Assembly (NCBI RefSeq): GCF_009914755.1
Contig: NC_060933.1
Strand: one strand, 5' to 3'
Source of the DNA: the human T2T-CHM13v2.0 reference genome, Homo sapiens
Length of the DNA stretch: 64,000 bases
Shown: in pieces, positions 1 through 12,788 of the stretch
Numbering within the stretch: the stretch's first letter is position 1
Layout: every line of letters begins with the position of its first letter
Notes under the pieces: generated by a model
Told to the model about the DNA's origin: nothing
The model's database searches: none
What the model saw: only the letters and a program-made list of their open reading frames with translations
Made by a program: the position numbers and the translations under genes

Positions 1-621
1 GGTACCTCTTACTGGAGAATCCATTCCTGTTTTCATTTCATTCCTGGGGGCAATATTCAATCTGGTGTGGCCCTCTGTATTATAAAATGTTTCCCAGATT
101 GTGTTTATCTGAAATACAAATCCAAGAAGAAGCATGGTGTTAATTGCCGTGTAAAAAAGATTCCAGAGTCAAGAGCTTGAGAAGTTCTATTCCTTCCTTC
201 ATAGGTTCAGTTGTTTAACCCAGCATTTTTCAAACATATTTTACTCCTAGAACCTGTTTTTCCTCAGACATATTTAAGAAAAAAGCGTTTTGTAGAACAC
301 ATTTGGACAAATGATACTTTATATCATTGCTTTGTTTTTTAAATTTTAGTTTGACTCAATTTTACAGTTTCAGGATTTTGTTTCTGTTTCAGGTTTTAAG
401 CTTTTCTTTTATAAATAGTTACTTTCCTAGTCTGAAATGTATACATTGTTTCAGTAATGAATTCATTATGTAAATTTGCCCATCATTCATCTAAAGGGAA
501 TAAACATTAAATTGTTTTTTTAAATTTTGACTTGTGTCACATATGAGAATATAAAGTATATCTGTACAATAAAGGAAAATGAAACATCAAAGTATCTACC
601 TCAGGTTAAGAAGCAGAACTT

Positions 622-852
622 GGCCGGGCATGGTGGCTCACACCTGTAATCCCAGCACTTTGGGAGGCAGAAGTGGGAAGATCACTTGAAGCCAGGAGTT
701 GGAGACCAGCTTGTTCAATAAAGGAAGACCTTATCTCTAACAACAACCACAACAGCAAAAAATTAGCCAGGCACGGTGACACATGCTTATAGTCCCAGCT
801 ACTGGTGCAGCCTCGAACTCCTGGTCTCAAGCCGTCTTCCCACCTCAGCCTC
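622..852 (+). mobile_element. Old Alu (AluJ-like), left arm plus start of right arm, fused to an inverted Alu fragment (~805-852)
   Basis: GGCCGGGCATGGTGGCTCACACCTGTAATCCCAGCACTTTGGGAGG at 622, continuing to AGTCCCAGCTACT (~803), then antisense Alu sequence TGCAGCCTCGAACTCCTGG...CCTCAGCCTC. Confidence 0.85.
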
Positions 853-1467
853 ATGTTGTAGTGAACTTTGTTATGCAGTGTCTCCTATTCTACATGTGCA
901 GGAGTATTTTTACAGTATGTACCTGGAGTGGAATTGCTTGGTCATTGGGCACGTGTGTGTTCAGCTCTATTGAGTGGCATCATACTGTTCTCCAAAGCAG
1001 TTGTACCAATCTACACCCTCACCAGCAGTGAATAGTCTTCCCATTGTTCTTCCTCAATGAAACTAGATATTCACAGCCTTTTAGGTTTTTCCTAGAGTAT
1101 GAAGTGGTATCTCTTTGGGGTTTTAATGTTTATTTCCCTGATTAGAATTGTAGTTGAGCATCTTTTATTATGTTTATGGGCCATTTATGTTTTCTCTTCT
1201 GTGAAATTCCTATTCGGGTTTTTTGCTCATTTTAAATGTTGTTGTTTGTGTTTTTCTTATATAGGAATTCTTCACGCATTCAAGATGCACGTATGTTGTT
1301 CAGAATAGTACCTGAGACATAGAAACAACTTTGTAAGAATAGCTATCATTACATTACCATTGTATTTAATCCTTTGTTTTTATGTGTTACAATTATCTTC
1401 TGCTAATTTGTGGCTTATTTTTCATTCTGTGATGCTAATTTTTTAACCTAGTATTCTATTATTTTAA

Positions 1468-1975
<508 letters not shown>

Positions 1976-2039
1976 TAGATGCATTTGTCTCTCCAAATGC
2001 ACTGTGATTATTTCGAAGACAAAACATTTTTGGCATTGT

Positions 2040-2223
2040 GATATATATATATATATATATATGTATGTATATATAGGTATATAATATATATATGTATGTA
2101 TATATGTATATAATATATATATGTATGTATATATGTATATAATATATATATGTATGTATATATGTATATAATATATGTTGTATAAATATTTATGTTTTAT
2201 ATATCATATAAAAATTATATATA

Positions 2224-2271
<48 letters not shown>
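2040..2271. repeat. (TA)n microsatellite with an embedded ~29-bp TATATAATATATATATGTATGTATATATG minisatellite
   Basis: Read directly; about 3-4 copies of the 29-mer between pure TA runs. Confidence 0.95.
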
Positions 2272-2275
<4 letters not shown>

Positions 2276-2574
2276 CTTATCCCTAATATAGGGACTCGAT
2301 TAGTTTCTGCTAGTGTGGAGACAAGTCATATCATGGCTAGGGGCCATGATGGTAGAAGCAGTCAGAGGATTTCTTGCATTGTGATGAGTGCATATAAGTT
2401 AAATGAGCCACTTATCAGTAGATTTGATAGCAGGATAATAGTTATATCACTGATACCTAGGCAGTACATGACACTCGGTAAAGAATAGATTAATCCTCAT
2501 GCTCTTCAACTTCCTCCTAATCTCTTTACTTGTGCTGCCCTCCAGCTTTCAAAGTGCTCTGAGTCATCACTTAC

Positions 2575-2978
2575 ACAGTGTTCCTTAGCTGCCCCTTCAG
2601 TGAGCCAGTGTTTCTGTGCCCCAGTGTTCCTGAGAGTTAGAACACAGAAAATAGAGCAGGCTCTTGCCCACATCACAGAACATCCTTGTCTCCCTGTGGA
2701 TCCCGCACATTTGTTCATTAGAGCTCAGGAATTGCCAGAGACTGGCTTTTCTGGCAATGGACACTAGATTCTTCAGAAGAATATTGGTTGAAATCTTTCT
2801 GCCGTGACAGTTCCCTGCATGCAGGGCAGGAGTGTGTGCTTCTTCCCAGCAAAGGCAGAGGCAGGGCCTACAGAAACTGTGCCCGCAGCCTATAGTGATG
2901 GGGTCTATGAGGTAATTCAGGCAGATGAGGCAGGTGAGTTCTTTCTGGAAGGCTTGTGGGAAGTCTAAGTCCATTTTT
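2575..2978 (-). pseudogene. TRIM43-like pseudogene fragment: first coding exon (RING + B-box) with frameshifts
   Basis: [46 protein letters not shown]...[23 protein letters not shown] closely matches the TRIM43 N-terminus as I recall it ([46 protein letters not shown]). Acceptor TTTTCTTCCCTCAG ends at 2979, ATG at 2974, donor GTAAGTG at 2574-2568. The final RING CPAC and the B-box tail GAQKH...AAKEH lie in other frames. No downstream exons seen. Confidence 0.88.
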
Positions 2979-3238
2979 CTGAGGGAAGAAAACCAGAAGA
3001 ATTTATTCTTATGCCATAGAGAGACAAAGATCTACACAAAGTTTGAATCAGGTTTTGAGTAGGATCCGCTCACAGGTTTAAATCTATAGCAGGATATGAT
3101 TTTATTTTGCACATAACAAAAATGAAAAACTGAGGCATAGAATTCAAGCTTTGCAGAAAAATGTGTTGGCTCCCTAACCAACACACACACACACACCTAC
3201 TTTCCCAAATTCTTTCCTCCTGTATGAAAAAAACTTAA

Positions 3239-3520
3239 GGCTGGGCACAGTGGCTCATGCTTGTAATCCAGCACTTTGGGAGGCTGAGGCAGCAGGATTG
3301 CTTGATCCAAGGAGTCCAAGACCAGCCTGGGCAACATGATGAGACCCTGTCTCTACAAAAAGAAAAGGAGGAAAAATTAGCTGAGCATGCCAGTAGTCCC
3401 AGCTACTAGGGAGGCTGAGGTGAGAGGATTGCTTGAGCCCAGGAGGTCAAGGCGGCAGTGAGCCATAATCCAGCCACTACACTCTAGCCTGAATGACAGA
3501 ACAAGACTCTGTCTCAAAAA
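3239..3520 (+). mobile_element. AluJ-type SINE
   Basis: GGCTGGGCACAGTGGCTCATGC...AGACTCTGTCTCAAAAA. Confidence 0.9.
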
Positions 3521-3629
3521 TGAACAAAGAAAGAAAAGAAAGAAAGAGAGAGGGAGGGAAGGAGGAAGGAAGGAAGGAAGGAAGGAAGGAAGGAAGGAAG
3601 GAAGGAAGGAAGAAAAGGAAGGAAGGAAG
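3521..3629. repeat. (GAAA)n/(GGAA)n purine tract at the Alu tail
   Basis: Read directly. Confidence 0.95.
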
Positions 3630-4051
3630 TTTACAGAGTTTTTTGAGGTGTTAGTGTTCCCTAAATTGTATGGTCTTCAGAGGTTTACCCTCCTATAGCT
3701 TCAAGGGGTGAGTCCTGACTGGTAGGAAAATCAATCACACTCTTACTTGCCAGTGATTCATTTAGGGAAGACAGCTAACTAAACTCTTCCACTTTGATTA
3801 TTTCATTTAATTGTAACAACCATCTTATTATGACTTCTTCAAAATTACCCTGCCAGTAAGTGTTGGAGGACTCCCCAGAAGCAGAAACCACCATGCTTCC
3901 TGTATAGCCTACAGAACCATGAGCCAACTAAAGGTGTTTCTCAGGTATTTCTTTATATCTTTGGCCAAAATTAAAGAGTTAGGCTTTACTCTCCAAGATA
4001 CTGCAACAGACAAAAACAAGCCACCACTGTTTTCTAATGTTGTTTTCTTGT

Positions 4052-4062
4052 TAATTCAATCA
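4052..4062 (+). promoter_or_regulatory. DUX4-consensus motif TAATTCAATCA, about 1.1 kb upstream of the TRIM43-like exon
   Basis: Exact match to TAAYYYAATCA; TRIM43 is an established DUX4 target; function here untested. Confidence 0.35.
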
Positions 4063-4811
4063 ACAAGTATTTTCTGGTAAGTTTAGTGTTCCAGAGACTG
4101 TTAACCTTGTGATGCACCGGTTAATAAAACATCCTTAAGAGAAATAAAAGTTTAAAAATAAACCAGATGATAAAATGCAGTCGTGCACACAATGCCACTT
4201 ATCCACATTTCTTCTGTGTGTCACCCATGATCCAGAAAATGTCTTTAGTATAAGCCATTGATAAAGATGCCTGAAAAATTTACGTATAGAAGACATAGTA
4301 ACAAAATTATTTTTTTCCTTTGATATCCCTTGTTACTTCAAACAGAATTTACCATTCCAATTCGATTTCTGAATACATGGGAGTTAATAGAATACTCCTA
4401 ATCCATTTATAGGATCTACGCTAAGTAAAAAAATTAAAGACATCTGAAAACTATTTTGTGAGTCCTTATAATCCATATCAAAAATCATGGAATATATTAA
4501 GTAATAGACCAAAAATTAATCATCATATTAACCAAAAACACATAGCAAGACAAGATAACTAAATATTTTCATTTGGAAATTGGGAAATTTAGTCAATTTT
4601 AAAACTCAGCAAATGAGATCATTTCACAGAAGCAACCTAGGTTTGCTGGTAAATTAAAATTATGACATTTTGTTTTGGTTTGGGAGGGTAGTTCCTCTTC
4701 TGTAAATTGTGTACTCACATAAGAAATATACCTATGTTCTCACAGACACTTGCTGTAGAGGTAATAATATGAAGTTAGTTCAGGGATCAGGGCCTCACAG
4801 TGCAGTGCTGG

Positions 4812-4843
<32 letters not shown>

Positions 4844-4844
4844 G

Positions 4845-4985
4845 CCCTGCACCTTGAGTAAAAGTTTCCTGAGGCCTCCCCGGAAGCAGAAACCACCATG
4901 CTTCCTGTATAGCCTATGGAACCGTGAGCCAACTAAAGGTATTTCTCATGTATTTCTTTATAGCAATGCAAGAACGTACTAATAC
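4845..4985 (+). mobile_element. MST/MaLR LTR 3' fragment (related partial copy at ~3872-3957)
   Basis: GAGGCCTCCCCGGAAGCAGAAACCACCATGCTTCCTGTATAGCC...GTATTTCTTTATAGCAATGCAAGAACGTACTAATAC resembles the MSTB-type 3' end. Confidence 0.7.
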
Positions 4986-6392
4986 CGCTAAGCAGAGGCC
5001 ATCAGGACCAGCAACAGTCTGAGCTGGGTGAGAGACAAAGCTAAACTTTGAGCAGCAGCAGGAGCTGCCAGGGATTACAGAAAGGAAGGACGGACTCCTA
5101 AATTCCAGGATGTCTCCTTTAAGTCTGTAAGAAGCTCAGCCACCGTCTCCTTACCTGACTCCTCTGGGAAAGAGTTTCCCTAAGTTAAGCCATACAGGGA
5201 TAGGTTAGGAGATGCCATTTGGATCTAGGAGCAGAGGGCAGAGACTCAGCAGGAAGAGTGTGTCTTTGAGAAGGGGACACAGTGGAGCAGGTGTGTAGGT
5301 TCACAGGGCCAGCTATGGGTAGAGTCGGGTGTACATTTTTAGAAGCCACAATTCCCAAAAATCTCCTGACTATAACATCAGTGCACAGAGCCAGTCAAAT
5401 GGAGGAGGAGTGGGTCCAGGCAATTCAGGAAGAAGGAAAGTAACCAATGAGTGGTTGCAGGAGGACACTTTTTCTGTTGAGTTCACTAAACAAAACATTG
5501 TCTCCTCCCCTTAACTTCGGAAACAATGGAGGGTAAAAGTGTTGCCTGGGCCCTGGGGGCAAAGGCAGTAGATAACTTCTCTGTCATGTTCTCCAGAAGG
5601 GCCCATTCCAGCCTCACAGGCCGAGAAGTCTGTTCGGATCCCAAGTACTAGAGATGCTGCTATAAGGGACTCCCGAATTTCCTTCCTGAACCAGAGGCTG
5701 CCCAGCCTTTTCTTCCTGTTTTATTTTTTCCCAGGAAGAAACTTGCCTGTACAATTACAAGGTTCTACGGTTCTAAATTCCAATCTAGTCTTCCACATCA
5801 TTTTGAAGGTATGATATTACTTGTCAAAGTGGGATGATAGAAGATATGTGTGGACATAAATTGTTGACAAGGAAAAAAACTAAAATAAGAAAATAAGAGA
5901 GAAAAAATATATGTATGTACAGTGGTTAGCTAGAAATATGCCTTTTAAATACTTGGCATGTGGTTTGTGGGCCTCAATGTGTACTATTGCACTAGCTTCC
6001 CAAATATTAAAGGATGTCTTTTAAAAGAAAAACCTCTTGCTAAAAGGTTAACAGTTAAAATAACCAGAGTGGCACAGGTACCAGTCATTAAGTGAAACCT
6101 TTCATCTTCCCAGAATAGTACCTGTTCCCAAGCCAGCTTCTTTGAAAATCACTTTTCTCTCCTTTACTATTTAGTTTACAGATTTTATAGTAACAATACA
6201 GAAACCACAATAGTAGCAAAAAAAAAAGAATATTTTTAAATGAAAACTCACATCCTAACTCTACCAAAACATGAAAATTAAACCTGAATGCCTCCCATTC
6301 CTGATATATTTTTCACCTAAATATTCAGCTCTGGGATTGCATTGTTTTTGGATTGAGTGGAAATTATTGCCTGGTCTTGAAATCTTCCATAA

Positions 6393-6460
6393 TGTGTGTG
6401 TGTGTGTGTGTGTGTGCGTGTGTGCGTGTGTGCGTGTGTGTGTGTATGTATGTATGTGTG
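6393..6460. repeat. (GT)n/(GCGT)n microsatellite
   Basis: Read directly. Confidence 0.95.
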
Positions 6461-6626
6461 GTGATTATATTTCTTTTTGTTCAGAGCAAAGATTTTTTCA
6501 ATATGTATATTTATTTTAGGCAGATTATGCTAGTAATTTTCTACAAATGTGCTTTTTAAAAAATAACTAATTTTAAAAAAATTATTCTTACTCAGTGGCC
6601 CACAATTGTTAAAAACGCTACTAATG

Positions 6627-7218
<592 letters not shown>

Positions 7219-7796
7219 TTATTCTAAAATATTCATAAATATTCTCTAGTAATGATAAGATTAAAGTGACAAAGACAAACTTTTTTCCTGTGCAGTTCCA
7301 TCTCTCACCTTCCCGTAATTTGTCTATCCCATCCAGCTTCCAAAGGAAATTATTTACAAAATAATGTCTGCATCCTGGGTCTATATATCTATTGCCTATG
7401 AGGAGAGCGTTTAAGATCTGAGCCATCTTCAAGTCTTATACTTTGTGTATAGCTCTCATGTTTTTGCAGGTTATGTAAGTTTGTATACCCTTTCTTTTAT
7501 TAATCTGTGTATGGTCAGTTCATTTCAGGTAATCTTCAGAGGGTGAAAGGCAAAGCTTTTCACTTCACTCCTACTGTGACAACTAACTACCTTCTTACTT
7601 ATTCAATGTTTTAGTCTATATCAACACTTTTATATACATTTACTTTTAAACTAAATTTTGCATCATTACACTTAAAATTTTATTTACCTTTTAAAAAGGA
7701 AATTAAAAATAAAATTAAAAATTATAAAATTTTACATAATAAAAATAAAATAAATGATTTATATAAAAATCTGACCTGTGAAAAACACTGTCCAGA

Positions 7797-8085
7797 GGCC
7801 AGGCGCGGTGGCTAATGCTTGTAATCCCAGCATTTTGGGAGGCCGAGGTGGGTGGATCACGAGGTCAGGCGATCTAGACCACGATGAAACCCCTCTCTAC
7901 CAAAAATACAAAAAATTAGCCGGGCATAGTGGCGGGCGCCTGTAGTCCCAGGCACTCGGAGAGGCTGAGGAAGGAGAATGGCATGAACCCGGGAGGCAGA
8001 GCTTGCAGTGAGCCGAGATCGTGCCACTGCAATCCAGCCTGGGTGACAGAGCCAGCCTCTGTCAAAAAAAAAAAAAAAGAAAAAG
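7797..8085 (+). mobile_element. AluY-like SINE within an old L1 3' fragment
   Basis: GGCCAGGCGCGGTGG...GGAGAATGGCATGAACCCGGGAGGCAGAGCTTGCAGTG; TSD GAAAAACACT(G/A)TC(C/A)AGA. Confidence 0.93.
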
Positions 8086-8405
8086 AAAAACACTATCAAG
8101 AGAATAAAAAGACAAATCACAGACTGGGAGTAAAAATTTACAAAAGCTATATCTGGTGAAGATACATTTGTTATCCAAAATATACAAAGAACTCTCAGGA
8201 CTCAATAATAGGAAAACAAATAGTCTAACACAAATGTAGAGATCTGAACAGACATTTCACCATAGAATACAGATGGATGATAACGTAAGCACATTGAAAG
8301 ATGTTCAACATCATTCATCATTAGGGAAATGTAAATTAAAACCACAATGAGATACTGCTACATGCCTATTAGAATAGCTAAAATTTAAAAGACTGGCCAT
8401 ACTAA

Positions 8406-8773
<368 letters not shown>

Positions 8774-9159
8774 GTTAAACATATCACACCACCTAGTCAT
8801 TCAAATCCTGCTTATTTGCCCAAGACAAATGAAAGTGTATGTCCAAACGATTAGACAAACATTCATAGCAACTTTATTTGTAATAGCAAAAACAACCGGA
8901 AGCAAACCAAATGTCCATCAAGAGGTGAATAGATACACTAACTGTAGAATATCCATACAATAAAACTATTTTTTAAAAAACTATGGAGCAAAAAACAAAA
9001 AACCAAAGATAGAATCTAACTTCTTGGTAAATACATTCACTATTAGGGTTTTTATAACAGAGAAGTCATTCTTTATTAACACTCTTTTGACTATGAAAAT
9101 ATTTTGACATCAAAAATCTGCAAAATATGAAGAAACAAAGGACACACAGCTTTTTCTAT

Positions 9160-9467
9160 TTTCTACTTTTATTTTATTTTTATTTTTTTGAGAAGGAGTC
9201 TCTTTCTGTCACCCAGGCTGGCGTGCAGTGGCGCGATCTTAGCTCACTGCAAGCTGCGCCTCCCGGTTCATGCCATTCTCCTGTCTCAGTCTCCCGAGTA
9301 GCTGGGACTACAGGCGCCCGCCACCAAGCCCGGCTAATTTTTTGTATTTTTAGTAGAGACGGGGTTTTACCGTTAGCCAGGATGGTCTCAATCTCCTGAC
9401 CTCGTGATCTACCCGCCTAGGCCTCTCAAAGTGCTGGGATTACAGGCCTGAGCCACCGCCCCCGGCC
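9160..9467 (-). mobile_element. AluY-like SINE
   Basis: CTCACTGCAAGCT...CATGCCATTCTCC; TSD AGGACACACAGCTTT on both flanks. Confidence 0.93.
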
Positions 9468-10329
9468 CCAGGACACACAGCTTTAAAAATTTCTCCTTGA
9501 TCTCACCCAGTGCCAACCACCTAAAACCTCTCATTTTCCCCCAGACATTTCTTCTGCCTCCAGGATGGAGGTAGAGAATCTTGGCCTTGGGCCACGCACT
9601 GGGGACCATGCTGGGCTGCCGAGGTCAGTGACGGAGTCAGGTTCTCACCAGGATCCCCAAAATAGGCCCCTGAAAAAAATGTTACCATCAGGGTGCGCTC
9701 CCTGATTCTTGTGTCTGCTGGAAGGAGGAAATCAAGCCAGGAACATTGTCAGGATAGAGGCGAAAATTGGGCTCACTTTTCTGTCTCTTGTGATGTCAGA
9801 CAAGCCTTTCAGCTCTGTCTCCTCAGCCCTCATGGAATTGTTTGGTGTGGACGCACCAAGATTCTGAACTGGGTCCCCTTTCCCTCTGCCCTTCTCTGGG
9901 GCCAGATTCTGAGCTCTCCATTCCAATTTTTCCCCCAATTTTCCCTTGCATTTATTTATCTGGATTACTGTCTGCCTGTCCCAAAGAATAAATGCTTTAT
10001 CACAGTGGGGACTTTGTTTAAAAAAATAATAATAACAGCTATATTTTTAGGATCCATCACACTGACCAGCATATCGGTGGTATCTGATAAAAAATGTTTG
10101 TTGACTGAATGACCAAATATATTATTCACAATTCACATTATCCTGAACTGGCTAGAAAATTAAATACCTGATATCAGTATTGGCAACATTATGAAGTAAA
10201 TATAATTCTCATACAGTGCTAGTGAAAGTCTAATATGAAATGCTCATTTTAGAAAACATTTTCTTGTAGATTTGAAAATGTTTCATCTCCATGAACTAGT
10301 TGTATATCTGCAAGTCGTGTATCTTTGGG

Positions 10330-10936
10330 TTAGGCAGAATAATTGCCCCCCACCAAAGACAGCCACATCCCAGTCTTCAGATAAGGTGAACATGCTAACG
10401 TAAGTTAGCATATTCAAAGGGACTTGGCAGATGTGATTACCATTAAGGGCATTGAAATGGGGAAATTACCTTGAATTATCTTGGTGAGCCAATCTAATCT
10501 CATAATTCCTTGAGAGCACAGAATATTTTCTGGATGCTGAGATTCAGACAGATGGCAGTATGAGAAAGACGTGGCCTGCTATTACTGGCTTTTAAAACAG
10601 TGGTAGGGGGCCACAAGCCAAGGAAAGCCAGTGACCTTTAGAAGCTGGGAATGACCCAAAGTTTACAACAAGGAAGAGACTGAGAATCTACAACCACAAG
10701 GAACTGAATTCTGCCAACAACCCAGATGCTTTTTTAGAGCCTTCAGAAAGAAATGCAGCCTGCCAACATCTTGATGTTATTTCAGTGAGAGCCATGACAG
10801 ATTTTCAACCAAAACAATTCTAGGACAATAAGTTTGTGTGTGTTTATTAAAACTGACTCAAATCTTACAAAAATGTGTTCTTTTAAGCCACTGAATTTGT
10901 GGTAAATTGTTACAGCAGGAATAGAAAACTGATACA
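10330..10936 (+). mobile_element. MLT1-family MaLR LTR
   Basis: Starts TAGGCAGAATAATTGCCCCC; contains GGAACTGAATTCTGCCAACAACC; ends TTGTTACAGCAGGAATAGAAAACTGATACA. Confidence 0.75.
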
Positions 10937-11941
10937 ACCCTAGAGAAAGTCTTGTACATGTGCCCTATAAACACACAGCAGAATTTTTAACTTTTTATTG
11001 AGTTAAAAAATATATATACAATTTACCATCTGTACATTTTTAGAGGACAGTTTAGTGGTGATAAATACATTTATATTTTCTTCTCTTAATCTCCTCTTCC
11101 CCCTCCCCTTGCTGGCCTCTAGCAACCACCAATTTACTTTCTATCTTCATGAGATCCACTTTTTTACTGCCCACATATGAGTGACAACATGTGGTATTTG
11201 GCTTTCTGTGCTTGGCTCATTCCACTTAACATAATGGCCTATGTTCATTACGTTAAGCCAAATGGCCAGCGCCACCTATGTTGCTGCGAATGACAGAATT
11301 TCATTCTTCTTTGTATCTGAGTAGTATTCCATTATGTATATATATGACTTTTAAAATCTATTCATTTGTTGATGAGCACTTACATTGATTCCACATTTTG
11401 TCTATTGTGAATAGTGCTGCAGTACACATCGGCATGTAGATATGTCTTTGATACATTAATTTCCTTTATTTTGGATATATATCCAGTAAAGAAATTGCTG
11501 GACCACATGGTAGTTCTATTTTTACTTTTTTGAGGAACCTCCATACTGTTCTCCATAGTGGCTTTATTAATGTAGATTCCCACCAACAGTGTACTAGTAT
11601 TTCCCTTTCTCCACATCCTTGCCAGCATCTGTTATTGCCTGTCTTTTTGAAACAAGTCATTTCAACCAAGGTGAGATGATATTGCATTGTGATTTTGATT
11701 TGCATTTCTTTGATGATTAGTGATATTGAACATTTTTTCATCTTCCTATTGGCCATTTGTATGTCTTCTTTTGAGAAAATATCTGTTCGGATCTTTTGCC
11801 CATTTATAAATTGTATTTATTTTTATATTTTTAACTATTTTTTTTTAGAAGCAAGGTCTTGCTTTGTCACCCAAGCTAAAGGGCAGTAGCATAATCATAG
11901 CTCACTGTAACCTCAAACTCCTGGGATTAAGAAATCCTCCT

Positions 11942-12245
11942 GACCGGGCGCGGTGGTTCACGCCTGTATTCCCAGCACTTTGGGAGGCCGAGGCGGGCGG
12001 ATCACGAAGTCAGGAGATCGAGACCATCCTGGCTAACACAGTGAAACCCCGTCTCTACTAAAAATACAAAAAATTAGCCGGGCTTGGTGCCGGGTGCCTG
12101 TAGTCCCAGCTACTCAGGAGGCTGAGGCAGGAGAATGGCGTGAACCCCGGGGGAGCAGAGCCTGCAGTGAGCCGAGATCACGCCACTGCACTCCAACCTG
12201 GGCGACAGCGAGACTCCATCTCAAAAAAAAAAAAAAAAGAAAAAG
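11942..12245 (+). mobile_element. AluY inserted into an antisense AluJ fragment (11840-12272)
   Basis: TSD AAGAAATCCTC(C/T)T at 11929-11941 and 12243-12255; the host Alu resumes after it. Confidence 0.93.
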
Positions 12246-12549
12246 AAATCCTCTTACCTCAGCCTCTTCAGTAGCCCATTTTTCAATCAGATTTTTTGTT
12301 TGTTTATTATTGAATTGCTTGAGCTCCTTATATATTCTACTTGTTAATCCTTTATCAGATAGATAGTTTGAAAATAGTTTGTCCCATTCTGTGGTTGGCT
12401 CTTCACTTTATTGATTGTTTCCTTTGCTTGAGGCTTTTTAGTTTGATATAATCCCATTGTCTATTTTTGCTTTTGTTGCCTGCGCTTCCGAGGTCTTACG
12501 CAAAAAATCTTTGCCCAGACTAATGTCCTGGAGCATTTCTCCTATGCTT

Positions 12550-12788
12550 TCTTTTTTTCTTTCTTTTTTTCTTTTTCACGCCATTCTCCTGCCTCAGCCT
12601 CCCGAGTAGCTGGGACTACAGGCACCCACCATCATTCCCCGCTAATTTTTTTTTTTTTTTTTGTATTTTTAGTAGAGACGGAGTTTCACCGTGTTAGCCA
12701 GGGTGGTCTCGATCTCCTGACCTTGTGATCTGCCTGCCTTGGCCTCCCAAAGTGCTGAGATTACAGACGTGAGCCACCGCGCCCAGCC
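12550..12788 (-). mobile_element. AluY-like SINE lacking the distal right arm
   Basis: T-rich tail joined directly to TCACGCCATTCTCC; TSD TCCTATGCTTT. Confidence 0.88.
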
